A DNA stretch of 64,000 bases from Styela clava. Taxonomy: Eukaryota. The stretch's first letter is position 1. Each line of letters opens with the position of its first letter. The stretch covers positions 15,934,001-15,998,000 of the forward strand of contig NC_135252.1 in NCBI RefSeq assembly GCF_964204865.1. Direction: 5' to 3'. Positions 13,610 to 26,500 of this stretch are shown here, in pieces. Below the pieces are notes generated by a model, which saw nothing but the letters and a program-made list of their open reading frames with translations, was not told the DNA's origin and did no database searches. The position numbers and the translations under genes are program-made.

Positions 13610-13832
13610 AATAATAATATAGTATGTATTATGGCCTCGAATGTGAGTTGTTCCTGTCTGGTTTTGCTCATTCGCCGTTATTCTCCAATATATATTTGTG
13701 TGTATTTTATAGTTCCAAAAATATACTTATTGAACACAAAATGTTCATATGGCTTGATTTTCTAAATCACTGTTGTTGGACATGAAATCTCCACATGAAT
13801 CGTTCTGCGTAATCGTAATCGTTGCTTTAGAG

Positions 13833-14713
13833 CAGTGGCCGGCAAACTTTATGTACTCGCGGGCCGCATATACACATTTCCGGTAGCGTGCGGGCCGCAT
13901 CAATTTCTGCCTGTGAACAATCGCCAGATTAAACCTATAATTATGGCGCACCCGCACCTTCTATTGCTGTGTTACAATGAGACGTTCATGTTGCCCTTTT
14001 TAATATATATATTATCAAACAATACATTGTTTTTATTTACTTGATGTTTTTTCCGTGCCATGGCCAAAGCCTTGATATCAAATGACAACCTTGTTTCCTC
14101 ACATTACGTCTTCCAAAATCCAGATGACAATTTGACAGGCGAGTACGAGATTTATTGTGAGTGTAATACATTTCATATAAAGCTGCTCACAGCAATATGT
14201 GACGTACACATTACACGTTTTGCACTGGCGCAACCTGGAGTCCCGGGGTCAAATTTTGTATTTGTAGTGACACGTTCTGTAATGACGTTTAACATTGAAT
14301 CCGTTTTGACGTTTAACATTGAATTTAACATTAATTATTAACTGCGATGCTGACTTGGCATACCAAGCAAACCGTTTTCGAAATACGCAAGAAAAATATT
14401 TTTGTCCAAGCACTTCGGAATGTTCGACCCTCAACGCGAACTTCTCTTCGTTCCCGGAAAGAAAAAAATTCCTATTTTTATATTTTAAATATCAGAATAA
14501 AACTTATTTCAAAATTACAACCAACATCAAGTAAATGGCATAAAACTCTGAACTGACGCTACAGAAAAGCGCGGTACAGATAGATTCGTTCCCGCGCAAA
14601 TCCATGTGGAGACAACAATAAATTTGTGATAAATTTTTATATCATGCATTCAAAGTCGGGACGTTCGGGGGGCCGCAATAAATTAGTTCGCGGGCCGAAT
14701 TTGGTTTGTCGAT
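13833..14713. mobile_element. hAT-type MITE
   Basis: Left TIR CAGTGGCCGGCAAAC, eroded right end GTTTGTCGAT, GCGGGCCG subterminal motifs, perfect 8-bp TSD CTTTAGAG (13825-13832, 14714-14721). Confidence 0.75.
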
Positions 14714-15119
14714 CTTTAGAGTTTAATCTAACTAACTGTTGGGGCAACTTTTTGGTTGGAGAATATGTCTCCTTTCATGTCTCATTAATAGGCAGTTTTA
14801 AACGTGGACGGTAGGTAATTAAGGTAAGATTATCAGTGTAATGTCCGGCGGTATCGGTGTTGCGCATCGTGCAAAATGTTGGGAATATGCTTGCCATCAC
14901 ACCATTGATTACCCCGTGCGGGACGTCCGTTCTGTAAAAACACTGTTCTTTTGCTGTATTTTTCACATTATTATTACCAATGGTGGGATCCATGGGGTTC
15001 GCGCGAACCCGCTCTTAAAAATAACGTGATAATCACGTACTCGTTTTTTTGTTTTAGACGTCAGACCTCAGCATACGGGTAACGCGTGCCGCAGGTGGTG
15101 ACTGATCAGGAGTTTAGTT

Positions 15120-15229
15120 GGACCTCCAGAAGTATGTGCACCAAGATGGCGCACAACCTGAACATAGTAGTTGTACCAGGTTAGGGTTCAGGTTGTGCGC
15201 CATCTTGATGCACATACTTCGGGAGCGCC
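15120..15229. repeat. Miniature palindromic element (40-bp arms, 22-nt loop)
   Basis: CTCCAGAAGTATGTGCACCAAGATGGCGCACAACCTGAAC (15124-15163) pairs with 15186-15225 with 2 mismatches; GTTTAG on both flanks. Confidence 0.8.
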
Positions 15230-16389
15230 GTTTAGGACATCCACCATATATACATGAAATACCGTACACTAATGAATATAGAATGTAAAAAGAGGCGAAA
15301 CTGATAGGTCGAGGTGAAAGGGAGTCGCAAGAAACCAAGACTGGTTAACGAGCAGCGACTAGCGATATATACTTGGCATTTCGTAATGTGTTTGGGTTTT
15401 TTAAAACATGTTAAGGTAGCTTACGTATTTACATGGGCGTACATACCTTTTTAATTAATTGTGTACGTGAGTTCCCACTTATTCAGTGAAATATTCCGTA
15501 TATATAGTTTCCAATTTTACTGCAATTTCCCGTACATAGACATCCAAGTGTATTTTTCTCGTTGCTCTCGCTTACTTGGGCAATTTTCTCTACACATACT
15601 CTAAAATGCATATTTCTATCTCCTTAAAGATATTTCCCGTCATTCCCACTGTTTGGTGCATTTCCCGTTTCGCTCATTTTAGAACGAATTTCATGGTTAC
15701 TTCATTATTAGGTCTTTATTATCATTTTACTCAATTTACATGATACTAGTAAGAGGATTCCTTTTTTTGAAAGAATATTTGCTCAAAGCAAGGTCACGAG
15801 AACTCGTTGGGTAGTTGAAAAGAATTATTCCCGAGCGAAGCTACGTGCGACCACTAAAATGCCAAAGTTATTAACACTATAAAGTATATATTATAGTATG
15901 GGATTGAGCGTTATTCAATACCGGTTGACACGAGACCGACCTGAGGCTGTTCGCGTCAATGTGTCCAGGAAAACTGCTATGAAATAGCGATTACCTGATA
16001 ACTGAGATTCTTCGGAAAAAACTTTGGCCAAAACTTTTTGTCTGGTAGTAGGCTACACTGACTGTGAACGGATGGGAGTGCACAGCTAACCGAGTTTGGT
16101 GGCTGAAAATTCCGTCTTTGGAAAGAGTTCGCAGCTCGGACGCCAATTGAAGGCCAATCTTATTTGATATTATTTTTTGAATTCGGCCTAGAAGGTTTAG
16201 TACGGTCACGGTAGCACCAGCGATATGACAGCAATACTCACAACATGGATGTATCAGTGTAAGTGAAGTATTCCGTCGCGGGGCAAATATCGACGGCAAC
16301 GGTTGAGAGATCGAACTTTCACTGACGATTTTTTCAGTGACTGACGTTATATATATATTCACTACAATTTAAATCTTTGGAGATAGCGA

Positions 16390-17700
16390 GTCAAACCAGA
16401 CGAAATTAGTAATTGGGGCTGTATCAGTAATAATGAAACGATTGATTAACAAGATTTTTTGAGTTGAGACTTGGCACTGATTAATCCATTTGGAGACCCG
16501 AATCAATTCCGTTTCTATTCCAAACGGCGTTGTTTATCGGTCTTCCCATCCAGACAAAAATAAAGAGTAGTGTTGTCAGCATAAATGAGTGAGTCGCAGA
16601 TGAGATTATCTGGGAAATCATTGATATATATATATATAAATATTGAAAACAATATAGATCTAAGAATTTTAGCTCTGGAAAACTTCAGAAGATATAGAGC
16701 GTTGGCCATATAGAATAACATTAATTTTGCGATCAGAACGAAATGATTTATTGATGTCAAAAATCTGACCAGATATGCCATAGGATCGAATTTGCGAAGG
16801 AGTTCGACATGGCAAACTCTATCAGAAGCTTTTGGAATATCCAAGGCAATTGATTTAGCCTAACCCAAGGTGGTCCAAGGTTGTCGGCTTCACGGGCCAC
16901 AAAATTATTTTTGCATTGTTCGCGGGCCACAATAGTGCCAAGAATTGGTAAACAGCGCAATACAAAACAAACACTTTTATTGTGCAAACACATAGTTATT
17001 AGACATAGCCATCCCAGGCTAATAGAATCCGCATTCGATTTTTAGTTTTCTATGATGCCTATTTTGTTAGCATATTTTCCCGACCAAAAAGATAGAAAGC
17101 CAGATAATAATTTAGACTGCCAAGCACATCATTCAACTTTGCTAGTTGCCTCAGCTAGCCATAACACTAGTCAATTCAGTGACATTATTGATGTAACAAT
17201 ATGTCAAAAAAAAATTCTGAATAATTTCATTACGAAACAACACAAAAAGCGATTTTTTGATTACTTTCCGACTGTGACGCGGGCCACAGATAATAAAGCG
17301 GCGGGCCACATATGGGTTTGGACCACCCTGGCCTAACCACTTTGTTCCAATCTACGGAATACTCCTTCAGTTATACCTGTTAACAGCTCAGCGGTGAAAC
17401 GTCTACGACGAATACCATATTGTTTGTAGCTCAAAGACGATGCAATTCTAGGTGTTGGTCGGTAATGGCTGAATTGATAAGTGCTTTGAATACATTTTTT
17501 ATAATTGGCAAGAGACTAATAGGGAGATATTCAGCAGGACCAGTTTGATCACCACTGTTTTTAAAAGCGGGAACAGCGGTAGCAAATTTTCAGAAGTCTG
17601 AAAAAGGGTATTCTGGCAGACGTTTGTTATTAAATAATTTTGACGATATCGAAACCAGTTTAGGAGAGCATTTTCAACACCAGAGCAGGTAAACTATCTT
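16390..17700 (-). pseudogene. Decayed non-LTR retrotransposon (CR1/L2-like LINE) reverse transcriptase fragment
   Basis: Frameshifted RT motifs: VPAFKNSGDQTGPAEYLPISLLPII, QYGIRRRRFT, DIPKASDRVCHVELLRK (cf. DxSKAFDRVxH), IYINDFPDNLICDSLIYADNTTLY (cf. YADD); interrupted by a MITE. Boundaries approximate. Confidence 0.75.
16866..17330. mobile_element. hAT-type MITE inserted in the LINE
   Basis: TIR CAAGGTGGTCCAA / TTGGACCACCCTG, GCGGGCCAC subterminal motifs, perfect TSD GCCTAACC (16858-16865, 17331-17338). Confidence 0.85.
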
Positions 17701-20513
17701 AGCCGTACGAACAGTCGTGTATAAGTACAAACGTATGTATTTTCTGGAGCGTGCGTACCGCAGCGTAATATTCGTAGTTTAACTTTTCATCTACTAAAAT
17801 AAGGCATTTAAAGATTTTTTAATAAGCTTTTAGAGCGGTTTAGTGTCAACTTAATTTTAGGTATCCGAACAAAAAACATGAAAATATATAACTATTCTTA
17901 CAGGTTTAAAATTGTTCAGTTGGCTCGTGTTTGGAGAAAATAGCAAGTTGACTTTCTAAATGGTGTTGTATGGATCATAAAGACTTCGGTTCATTCGACT
18001 AAAATGATTCAATTTAAAAACGTTATAGAAAAGCAATATATACTATCTATACTAAATTCGTTTATTTTTTTTTATATATTACTACATACATATATTACTA
18101 CAAAACTTATTGACAACCGTATATTCTGATCTCGCGGACCTCCAGAAATTAGGACTCACCGTTATGCGACCCCATCCAGATATGTTTTCTTATAAATTTG
18201 AATTTACATTTTTTTTTGATATATAAGTGGTTAGCAACCGGGGTTCCGCGAGTACAGTCCACGAGTTCCACAAGTTTTGAATCAAATCCAAGAGTCTATA
18301 TTAATAATATATGTATATTATTTAAATCAAATTAAATACGTTACCTATAGGTTTGCCAGTATATATTATCGAACTCGCCACAAAATGAAAATTATTTTGC
18401 CTTGCCAGTGCTAGGTTCGCTTTTATATATATATGCTTATGGTTTATAGTTTGACAATTCAGATAACTAAAGGCTCTGCACATGGATTTCTCGAGCCTCT
18501 GGGAAAGTTTGATTGGGATTTGGCTCCAACAAAATGAATGAAAACCATTGCTTTAGATTTCGAATTTTGGTTGATCGAAGGAGTGTTGAACTTCAATGTG
18601 TCGCTGACGCCCTGACACTGTACTGGTTTCTTTTGAACTTGGATATGGCATATTGACTTAATCCAGATCTTAATTCCTCAATTCTGCCATGTTTGCAGTT
18701 TGCACAAATGTAATCGCAAGTTAATATCAAAATATAATCGCCTATGTATAAACCGATGTGTCTTTCATCCACGTCTCTCGTATAAATAAACTGTTCGGTG
18801 AAATAAATAATAATTTTCGTTGTCTCGAGGAATATCCTTGCGACTAAAAGCAATTTCAATTAGCAGTAACGAGGATGGCGGATGTTCGGACTACGAATTC
18901 GGAATTTGATACTTTGTAAGCGTCTACAGAACGTCGAGAAAGTCAAAGATCAAAATTGGTTCAGTACGAAAGAATTAAAAGACACAGAACGAAACTAGAA
19001 AAGTATTTGTAAGTGTATTTCAGCACATGCATTTCTGGCGGCCTTAGAATACTCGCATTTCGTTGTCTTATTGAATTTGAAAATAGTTTTCAATATATCG
19101 GATGTCTTATTAAGAGCTTATCCCAGATGTGTCAGAAAGGTCGTTGACAACTGGAGTTCCCGACCATGTTTAAGCGTAGTGTCATTTAAAATTGATGAAC
19201 AAATTTATTATCAAATATTGCGTAAGTGTGCGTCCAATTCTTCAAGTTGGAGTTAACTAGTTGGAAGTTGGAATTCATCATATCAAAAAATAGGAAAATG
19301 ACAATAAGATTGTGAAAAATGCCTAAATTTACAACGAAACTATAACGTAAATCGTAATCACATAAATCGCACATCTTTCATTCTCCTATTTTCTTACCAC
19401 TAATGAGTAATTTTGATATTTACGTGTTCACAGTCATTTTCGCTTAAATTCCTTATTGAGTTGACGAGGGAATTATAAATTATTCTGGCAGGATTGAGTG
19501 ACATGTATAGTCGTTGAATAAAGGTTTGTAAAATTATTATCGACCGTTGAATGAATTCGAAGGCAATGTCAGCGTCTTACTGTGGAATCTAAGCCTATTA
19601 TTTGAGATTTCATTGAGGCTTATATTACTGATTTTAACCTTTATTGTATGGAATATGGAAATTTTCACAATATTGTATGGTTGTAGTGGTACCAGCAACG
19701 AATGATCACATGTGTTCTGATATTTTCGAGAATATTTCTCATTATCAAAATTGAGTCTAATGAGCGAATCGATATTCATTTCCGTGTGAATTTCAGTCGA
19801 ATATCTGAACACGGTAGAACAGGCATACATTCAGGTCAACTCAATATTTACAAGTGTAAAAGTTAAGCGATAGCCTATTAATCTAAATTATTGATAGCTG
19901 ATAATTGCTTTGCATATAACGATGGTGTTGAAATGATATTTCAGTTTTTAACTTGAGGTTAAATTGTTTGGGAGTCGCTCAGTTATATTTATTGTCTGTA
20001 TATAAATAGTTATATATATTACATTTTCCGCGTATATTTCATCGTATATCGTTATTATTTTCCAAACTCAATATTGAAAAAGACAATTTTATTGAAGATG
20101 GACCAGTACGCGCAAGATTATTCTTTCTTATCTTCAACTAAATGCTATGGTGTGTATGATTATATAAAACTAAAACGTTATTGAAAGGCTCTGTTTTTGT
20201 TTGATTATAATATTTATAGCATCGAGATTACCCATAAAAGATTTGGCCTTTGTAGCACCTTCTTATGTTGCGTTAATTCCATCAACAAGGCTTTCAACAG
20301 CGAAAAGAGATAATGGAATACTTTTTGTCTTCAATTATCGATTGAATTGTGCTCGAAAAAATTGATCGGAAATTTTACTAAAACCGTTAAAACGTCCTCA
20401 CTAAACGCACCACAAGGCCTATAAATAAATCAAGCACTCATGGGAGACCGTTTTCCTTTTTAATACTCTCACAGTAATTGAAATATAGTTACACAGTTTG
20501 GAAAGTTGTGGGT

Positions 20514-23500
20514 ATGGAATACGAGTTATTGTTAGTCTCCTTATTGGTGTTATTCTTTGGACTTACAACAACGTCTGGATGTATCGTTGAACGGGAAAAT
20601 TCTTGCACCTGCGACCCTACAATGCGACAGGTGTCATGTACACGGTTGGGAGACTCTGTGGATGATGTGTTGCCACATTTAATACCTGACGAAACTTGGC
20701 AATTGGTGATGAAACGCGTGTGGGTAGATGATGCGGTTGAACTTCGACCTCACAATTTTGTGACGCTGAAACAATTAAGATGGTTGGACTTTTCGTACAA
20801 TCGGATTTCAGTGATACATCCCGAAACATTCAGGTAGATTAACTAATTGTAAACGTTTTAAGTATGTACCACATTAATTAATTTCATGTGTCCAGACGAG
20901 GTGGGGGTCTAAGTTTTAAAATGCCTTCAATGTTTTTAAAAAGATCGACAGCAAATACGGCTGAATCACATTTAGCTGGGATTTCACTCGTTTCAGTTCA
21001 AGTTTATAACCAAAATGACAAACGAATATTTTCGTCAAGTAACAATCTGAAAAAGCAATGCATATATACAAGAGACCGTTATTTATGTATATATAATATA
21101 TATATGTATATAATGTAAACTTATTTGCCTATATTACTTATATAAACGATATTTCGTCGCAGACTGCCAGCTCGACTACTCCATACCTATATGGAAATTA
21201 CCCCCATGTTGGTATTGTATGCGTTGATATAAATTTTCGCGATTCATTATTACACCCTGATACATCATTACATTAATGGACCGAACTGTTGGTAAAAGCG
21301 TATTAATCTATTTAAACGCAGAGGGTTGCTTCCTCTTTGTAACTAATGAATTGAATTTGAGCTCTAATGTACTGCTTCTTGTACGTATATGGTGCCCGGT
21401 TGGTGAATCAAATTATCCCTGGGTCGATAAATAACGTATTAAATACTAAGCCCTATTTGAAGAAAAGAAATCTCGAACAAGGCTATGGGTCACAGTATTC
21501 ATTTTATGCGTTTCCCCCATTTTTTGTCCAGAATTTGGGCAAGTATTAAGCGATCGCCTGGTCTATCATACTTAAAATTATCGAACTCGTGTATTTTATA
21601 AACATTGGGATAATTGTTTTTCCATTAGACTGCCACGACTGCTAAATAACATGTTTCCTGTATTTCCACAAGTGAGAAAATTATTCGAGGAAGTTTGCGA
21701 TTGCGAAAAATCGATTAGACATGGATTTCCCAATTTTTCGGTTGTAACATTTGACCAGACAAATTGTACTAGTAATGGTACTTGGGAAATGTACAAGGCG
21801 AAAACATTTTTGCTACTTCTATAATATCTGGCAGTACAACTTGTTTTTATACACTCAAATACCATAAATGCCAAACTTTATCCTTTGTCAACTTTCAGTA
21901 AACCTGCAAATTTTGCAACCTTTGTACGGGATTTCAAGTCAGGAAGATTTTAATCGTAAAAGTGCATTGGCGATAGTAGAATTTCCAATAGTTTCTATTC
22001 TAAAAATAAGGCCCATCTAATAATAGAAGGGTTTTCATATCACTTTATCCAGAAAAATCACTAAGGTGTCATTCGCTTGTTTAAATCTACTTTTGAACTA
22101 CACTTTACATAATAATGACTCTACATTTTATTTAGTACCCTAAGCGAATTTGAATTTTAAAACTTTTTTCTCACTTTCGTATAAATAGTTGTATTTTAAT
22201 CATGCTCGTGAAAATTTAAGCACATGAACATAAATCGAATCGTCAGTTGTTCTGTATTTCATATCAATCTTTTTTAGTTTATACTCTTGTGCGGAATTAA
22301 CTAAAAAATACCAAATAAGAAGGTGCTGCTAGGAATTTAACAACGTTTTTTAAATTTGATGTGTTTGCATATTCACTCCTAACAAGGCTTGATAAAGCAG
22401 ATATTTATACGTCAAGCTTGGTAAGTTACAGTTCGAACCATTATTGCAATTTCAACAATGAAATTTTATTGAATGAAACGGGCAAAAACTGCGCAAAAAA
22501 CGTTTATTTTATTTTCACTATCCTCTAAAACCGTATGAATCACAGTCTTTTTAATTTTATGTTATTCAGTGACATGAGGAGTCTATACTTCGTGAATTTA
22601 TCTCACAACCGTTTGAGGCTGCTGGAATCGAATGCATTCAATGGAAATTTACCGGATTTATTGTCCTTAGACCTTTCTTATAATCGATTGTTACTGCTGA
22701 CGGAACGCAATTTCAAGGCTGTAAAGAATCTGAAATTCTTAGATCTCAGAAACAATCCAATTTTGTTCATATCAGGAGAGTAAGTATTGCTAGCTTGTTA
22801 TTTATATATAGTTGGTATTCATTTAGTATATTGTAGAACTATGAGGTAATTTCAAAATCCATATCCGATCACTGATTACAAAACTTTCAATGCTACATAT
22901 AAGGTAGACGGTTATTAGGATTTCGGCATTTGTCACCCAATTTTCCTGTCATTGCTACACAATTTTCGATCACCAAAAGGGAATTTTTAACTCAAAATTG
23001 CTAGTTATCACCGTTATAATGAGGTATATCATAGGGTTCACGTAGCCCACTGTGCCGAACATCTACTTTCTTGGAAGCGTTTTAAATGCTAAGGAAGGGT
23101 AGTACTTTCGCATATGAAAAAGAAAATGCAGAAAATTTAATCATATAAAATTGGGTACTATGCGCACAATAAATATTCTCAGAATCTCGATGTGAATGTA
23201 TCTGCTATAAATGGGCATGATAATATTAGGATGATGCGCAGATGTCTGATTCTTGAAATTTATAATTAATTTTGCAGACGGATTGCTCGTTAACCATGAC
23301 ATTAGTAATGATGCTTTGGGGAGAAAACGCGTAGCTAATGCTTGGAACATATGTTTCATTTGTCGTAAGACATATAGTATAGTAGAATACTTATTACTGA
23401 GAGCAATCTTTTTAACCTCATTCGAGTGATGTCATCATATATATATATTTCATTGCCACTATTAACTAGACCGTACCGCAATGTCACTGTCTAGTTTTCT

Positions 23501-26500
23501 CCTCCTTTTGCGGCATTTTATGGTGGTTATTTCAACAATTTGTGGCAAGTATGAGCGTGGAAAAGAGAGAATATACATTGAATTAATCTCGAAATCTGTA
23601 GGACATTTTCCAGCATTCTGATATAAGTGAATATGTGATTAGAAGTATTCCAAAAGCAAGTACTCTTTCCAGATATACGAACTCGGTTGAAAGAGAGCCT
23701 TACGTGATCATCTGTTAAGTGCCCCTCCGAGACGGTCTGAAGTCTCTCCATATCCATAGCAAATCAGCGGTCCATATTTTAAAACTCCAATTGATTTTTC
23801 TGAATTACAATTCGGAATGATAGGTCTCATTGGGGGTTTGATTTTATTGCATTTCGCGTTCTCGGTGACAAGCTATGCTCTCATTTAGCTGCATACGAAG
23901 ACGAGGCCGTGCACATATTTTTCATATTGGAATTCACCAGTCTCTCATGCATGTTTCACTTGCTCTTTATTTATTGAAATGACCCGGCCGAAGATATTCC
24001 CAAAACTAGATAATAAACCACTTTATGATAAGTCCAAATGAAACTTATAAATAATAGATTGAAGTCGTTTATAGATGTATCAGCCGTTATATTTATTTAT
24101 TTGTGTGTTTCATATCTCACTATTTACAATGTTCATATATCTTTGATCATTTATTAACCTTCATAATTCATCATTTCAGGGCATTCTGGGGACTTTCACA
24201 GTTGGAACGTTTGAAATTATCGTCTGCAAATTTCACCAAATTTCCGGCAGAACCATTGAGTTCTTTATTAAACCTGAGAATGCTGGAAATGCGTGATATG
24301 CCTTTCATAAAATCCATTCCAGATCATGCATTCAGGTCAGTACAATCCTTCAGTTTGCTTTTTAATTAACTATTAGCAAGCAAAGGTAATGAATGATACG
24401 GGGCAATACCGCCCGATTATTTTTTTCAATAAATAAATTAGATTGTGATCTTGGAGATTTAATGTTGTTGTATCACCATCAGTCGTAACTACTGATTGTA
24501 TGCGAAAGTTTTCGAAAAAATGAGTGATGTATTCTATAGTTGATTCGCAGTTCACTTATATATTCTACTACTCATGTAGGAAAATATTTAATGGATGTGT
24601 AAAAGCAGTTGTCGGCAACCACCAGGTCGAGGCTCGTTGCCATTTCGTAAAAGGCTTCTTACTTACCGGGTAATGTTTTCTTTCTGGGTTAAATGCTTTG
24701 AAACATTTTGTAACGTAATTTCTGTCAAGAGTTGGTTATCTGATTTTTCATATCCGATGTTGAAATATTACTGATTTAAACGAAATAATGCAGTCAGTAG
24801 TGTGCTAGCTGCCATAGCACATTGCAAATGTATCTTTTGTGTTGCCGAAGATTTGTGGTTTTGAAAGATGGTACAAGAAACAATTCCATTGCGCAGTTCG
24901 AAAAAGGTTCCCGACGCTTGTATTAAAGAATCACGCAACTTAAGCCTTAAAATTTCCATTAATATATTAAAAATGTGAATGAACGTTGAATTTCGATGCT
25001 TATATTCCATTATCCCTATATTGCACCTATTGGTGGAAGACATGAAGGGCAATTGCGGTATTTGATACAAAATCAATATGCTCGGTTTCTCCTCTTTTCT
25101 ACAGGAATAAAATAAAATAACGATGAAATATTTTAATATTATAATAACCTTAAGACGACATGTTTCCGCAAACATATAAGAATTCCTTTCATATCCTTCA
25201 TGTGGCAAGTGGAATATATGTTTCATTCTAGAATCGGAATCAAATATTAATGTACTGTGGTATTCGATGAAATCGATGAAAATTACATTTTCCATGTATT
25301 TATAGAAATGGGGCATAGAAAATGTGAGATTGAAGATGTGAAACAAGCTTTTCATGGCGGCAAAATGATTTATCAATGCAATTTTCAACGGTAGTGATGC
25401 CACACTGAGCCGATACTATATCTGTGTGATACACAATCATGAAATCGAAACGCTAATAAAAAAAACGTTGAGAATAAAAAATTTTTTTCTTTGAGGGATA
25501 AAGTTAGGATGTAATTTACAGAATTCGGAAGTATTTCAAAGTTTGAGGTATGTTAGAAATTTTAAAGATCGAAAATACATTTGTTTACCATATTTAAATC
25601 CGAATACGCAAACTACTAATTTAACCACAAATCTAATATCTAACTTTATCCATTTGCCCAAAATTTGATACCCATTAAAAAGCAGGACGTATCTCCAAAT
25701 TCATCCTGACAAAAAGCACAACGCATAAAGTTTTTGCGTGAACATACTGCCCTCAGCTTATACATTCGATTTGGTTTCAACCCTCCTGTTAGAAGGATTA
25801 CGATTCGATGAAATTCCTATTGTCATTTTCTTTATACATTTGAAACACACAAACGGCGCTTTCAGCTTGCGAGTTCTGATTTTGATTACAATATGATTAG
25901 GTTGTCGGACTTTAAAGAATGTTTCGTTGTTTTCTAAATTCGATCACATTGTTGGAGGAAATATGCATAAACGACTCATAAGAATGATACAAGCATTTTC
26001 TATTTGTTAATACTTTGTTCATCAATGTAAAACTACTATTTTAATACGCCGAACAAAAGTAATTTTTATTACTAGAACGGTAAATAAGAATGATTTTAAA
26101 AATATTTTTAACCGAAAAATCATTGTGATAGCCTACATTCAGCACAATGTTACAAGTTAGATGATATTTTCACATCGATTTTTTATTTATCAAGTTTTTC
26201 ATTAAATAAGTTGGACATGGTATAACAGAATTCTTGTGACATCACGACATTCAATTTGACCATTTCTCTTAAAAGTCATTTAGTTATTAATTATTTAGAA
26301 CAAGAATGTTGCCACGGTCCACGAAAAAGCTACGACTTTGCTCTTACTAGGCGAAGTTTCTGTTTTCTTAAATCCCATTCTAAATCCCACTTAATCCGGC
26401 CGTCATGTGTTTTGTCTCAAAAACATGTTTGATTGATTAGAAAAACTAACTTCTACTATAGTGCAATATAAACAAGGGTACATATTATAATGTTTATTAA

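Noticed and set aside
15465-15670. Cluster of TTTCCCG / TTCCCAC words resembling E2F or Su(H) sites
   Set aside because: Short degenerate motifs in pyrimidine-rich DNA; could equally be a repeat remnant, and there is no independent support.
24768-25403. 211-aa minus-strand ORF inside an LRR-gene intron
   Set aside because: GTG start, I/F/L/K-rich composition typical of AT-rich non-coding DNA, no recognisable motif; a tblastn hit or RNA support would be needed.
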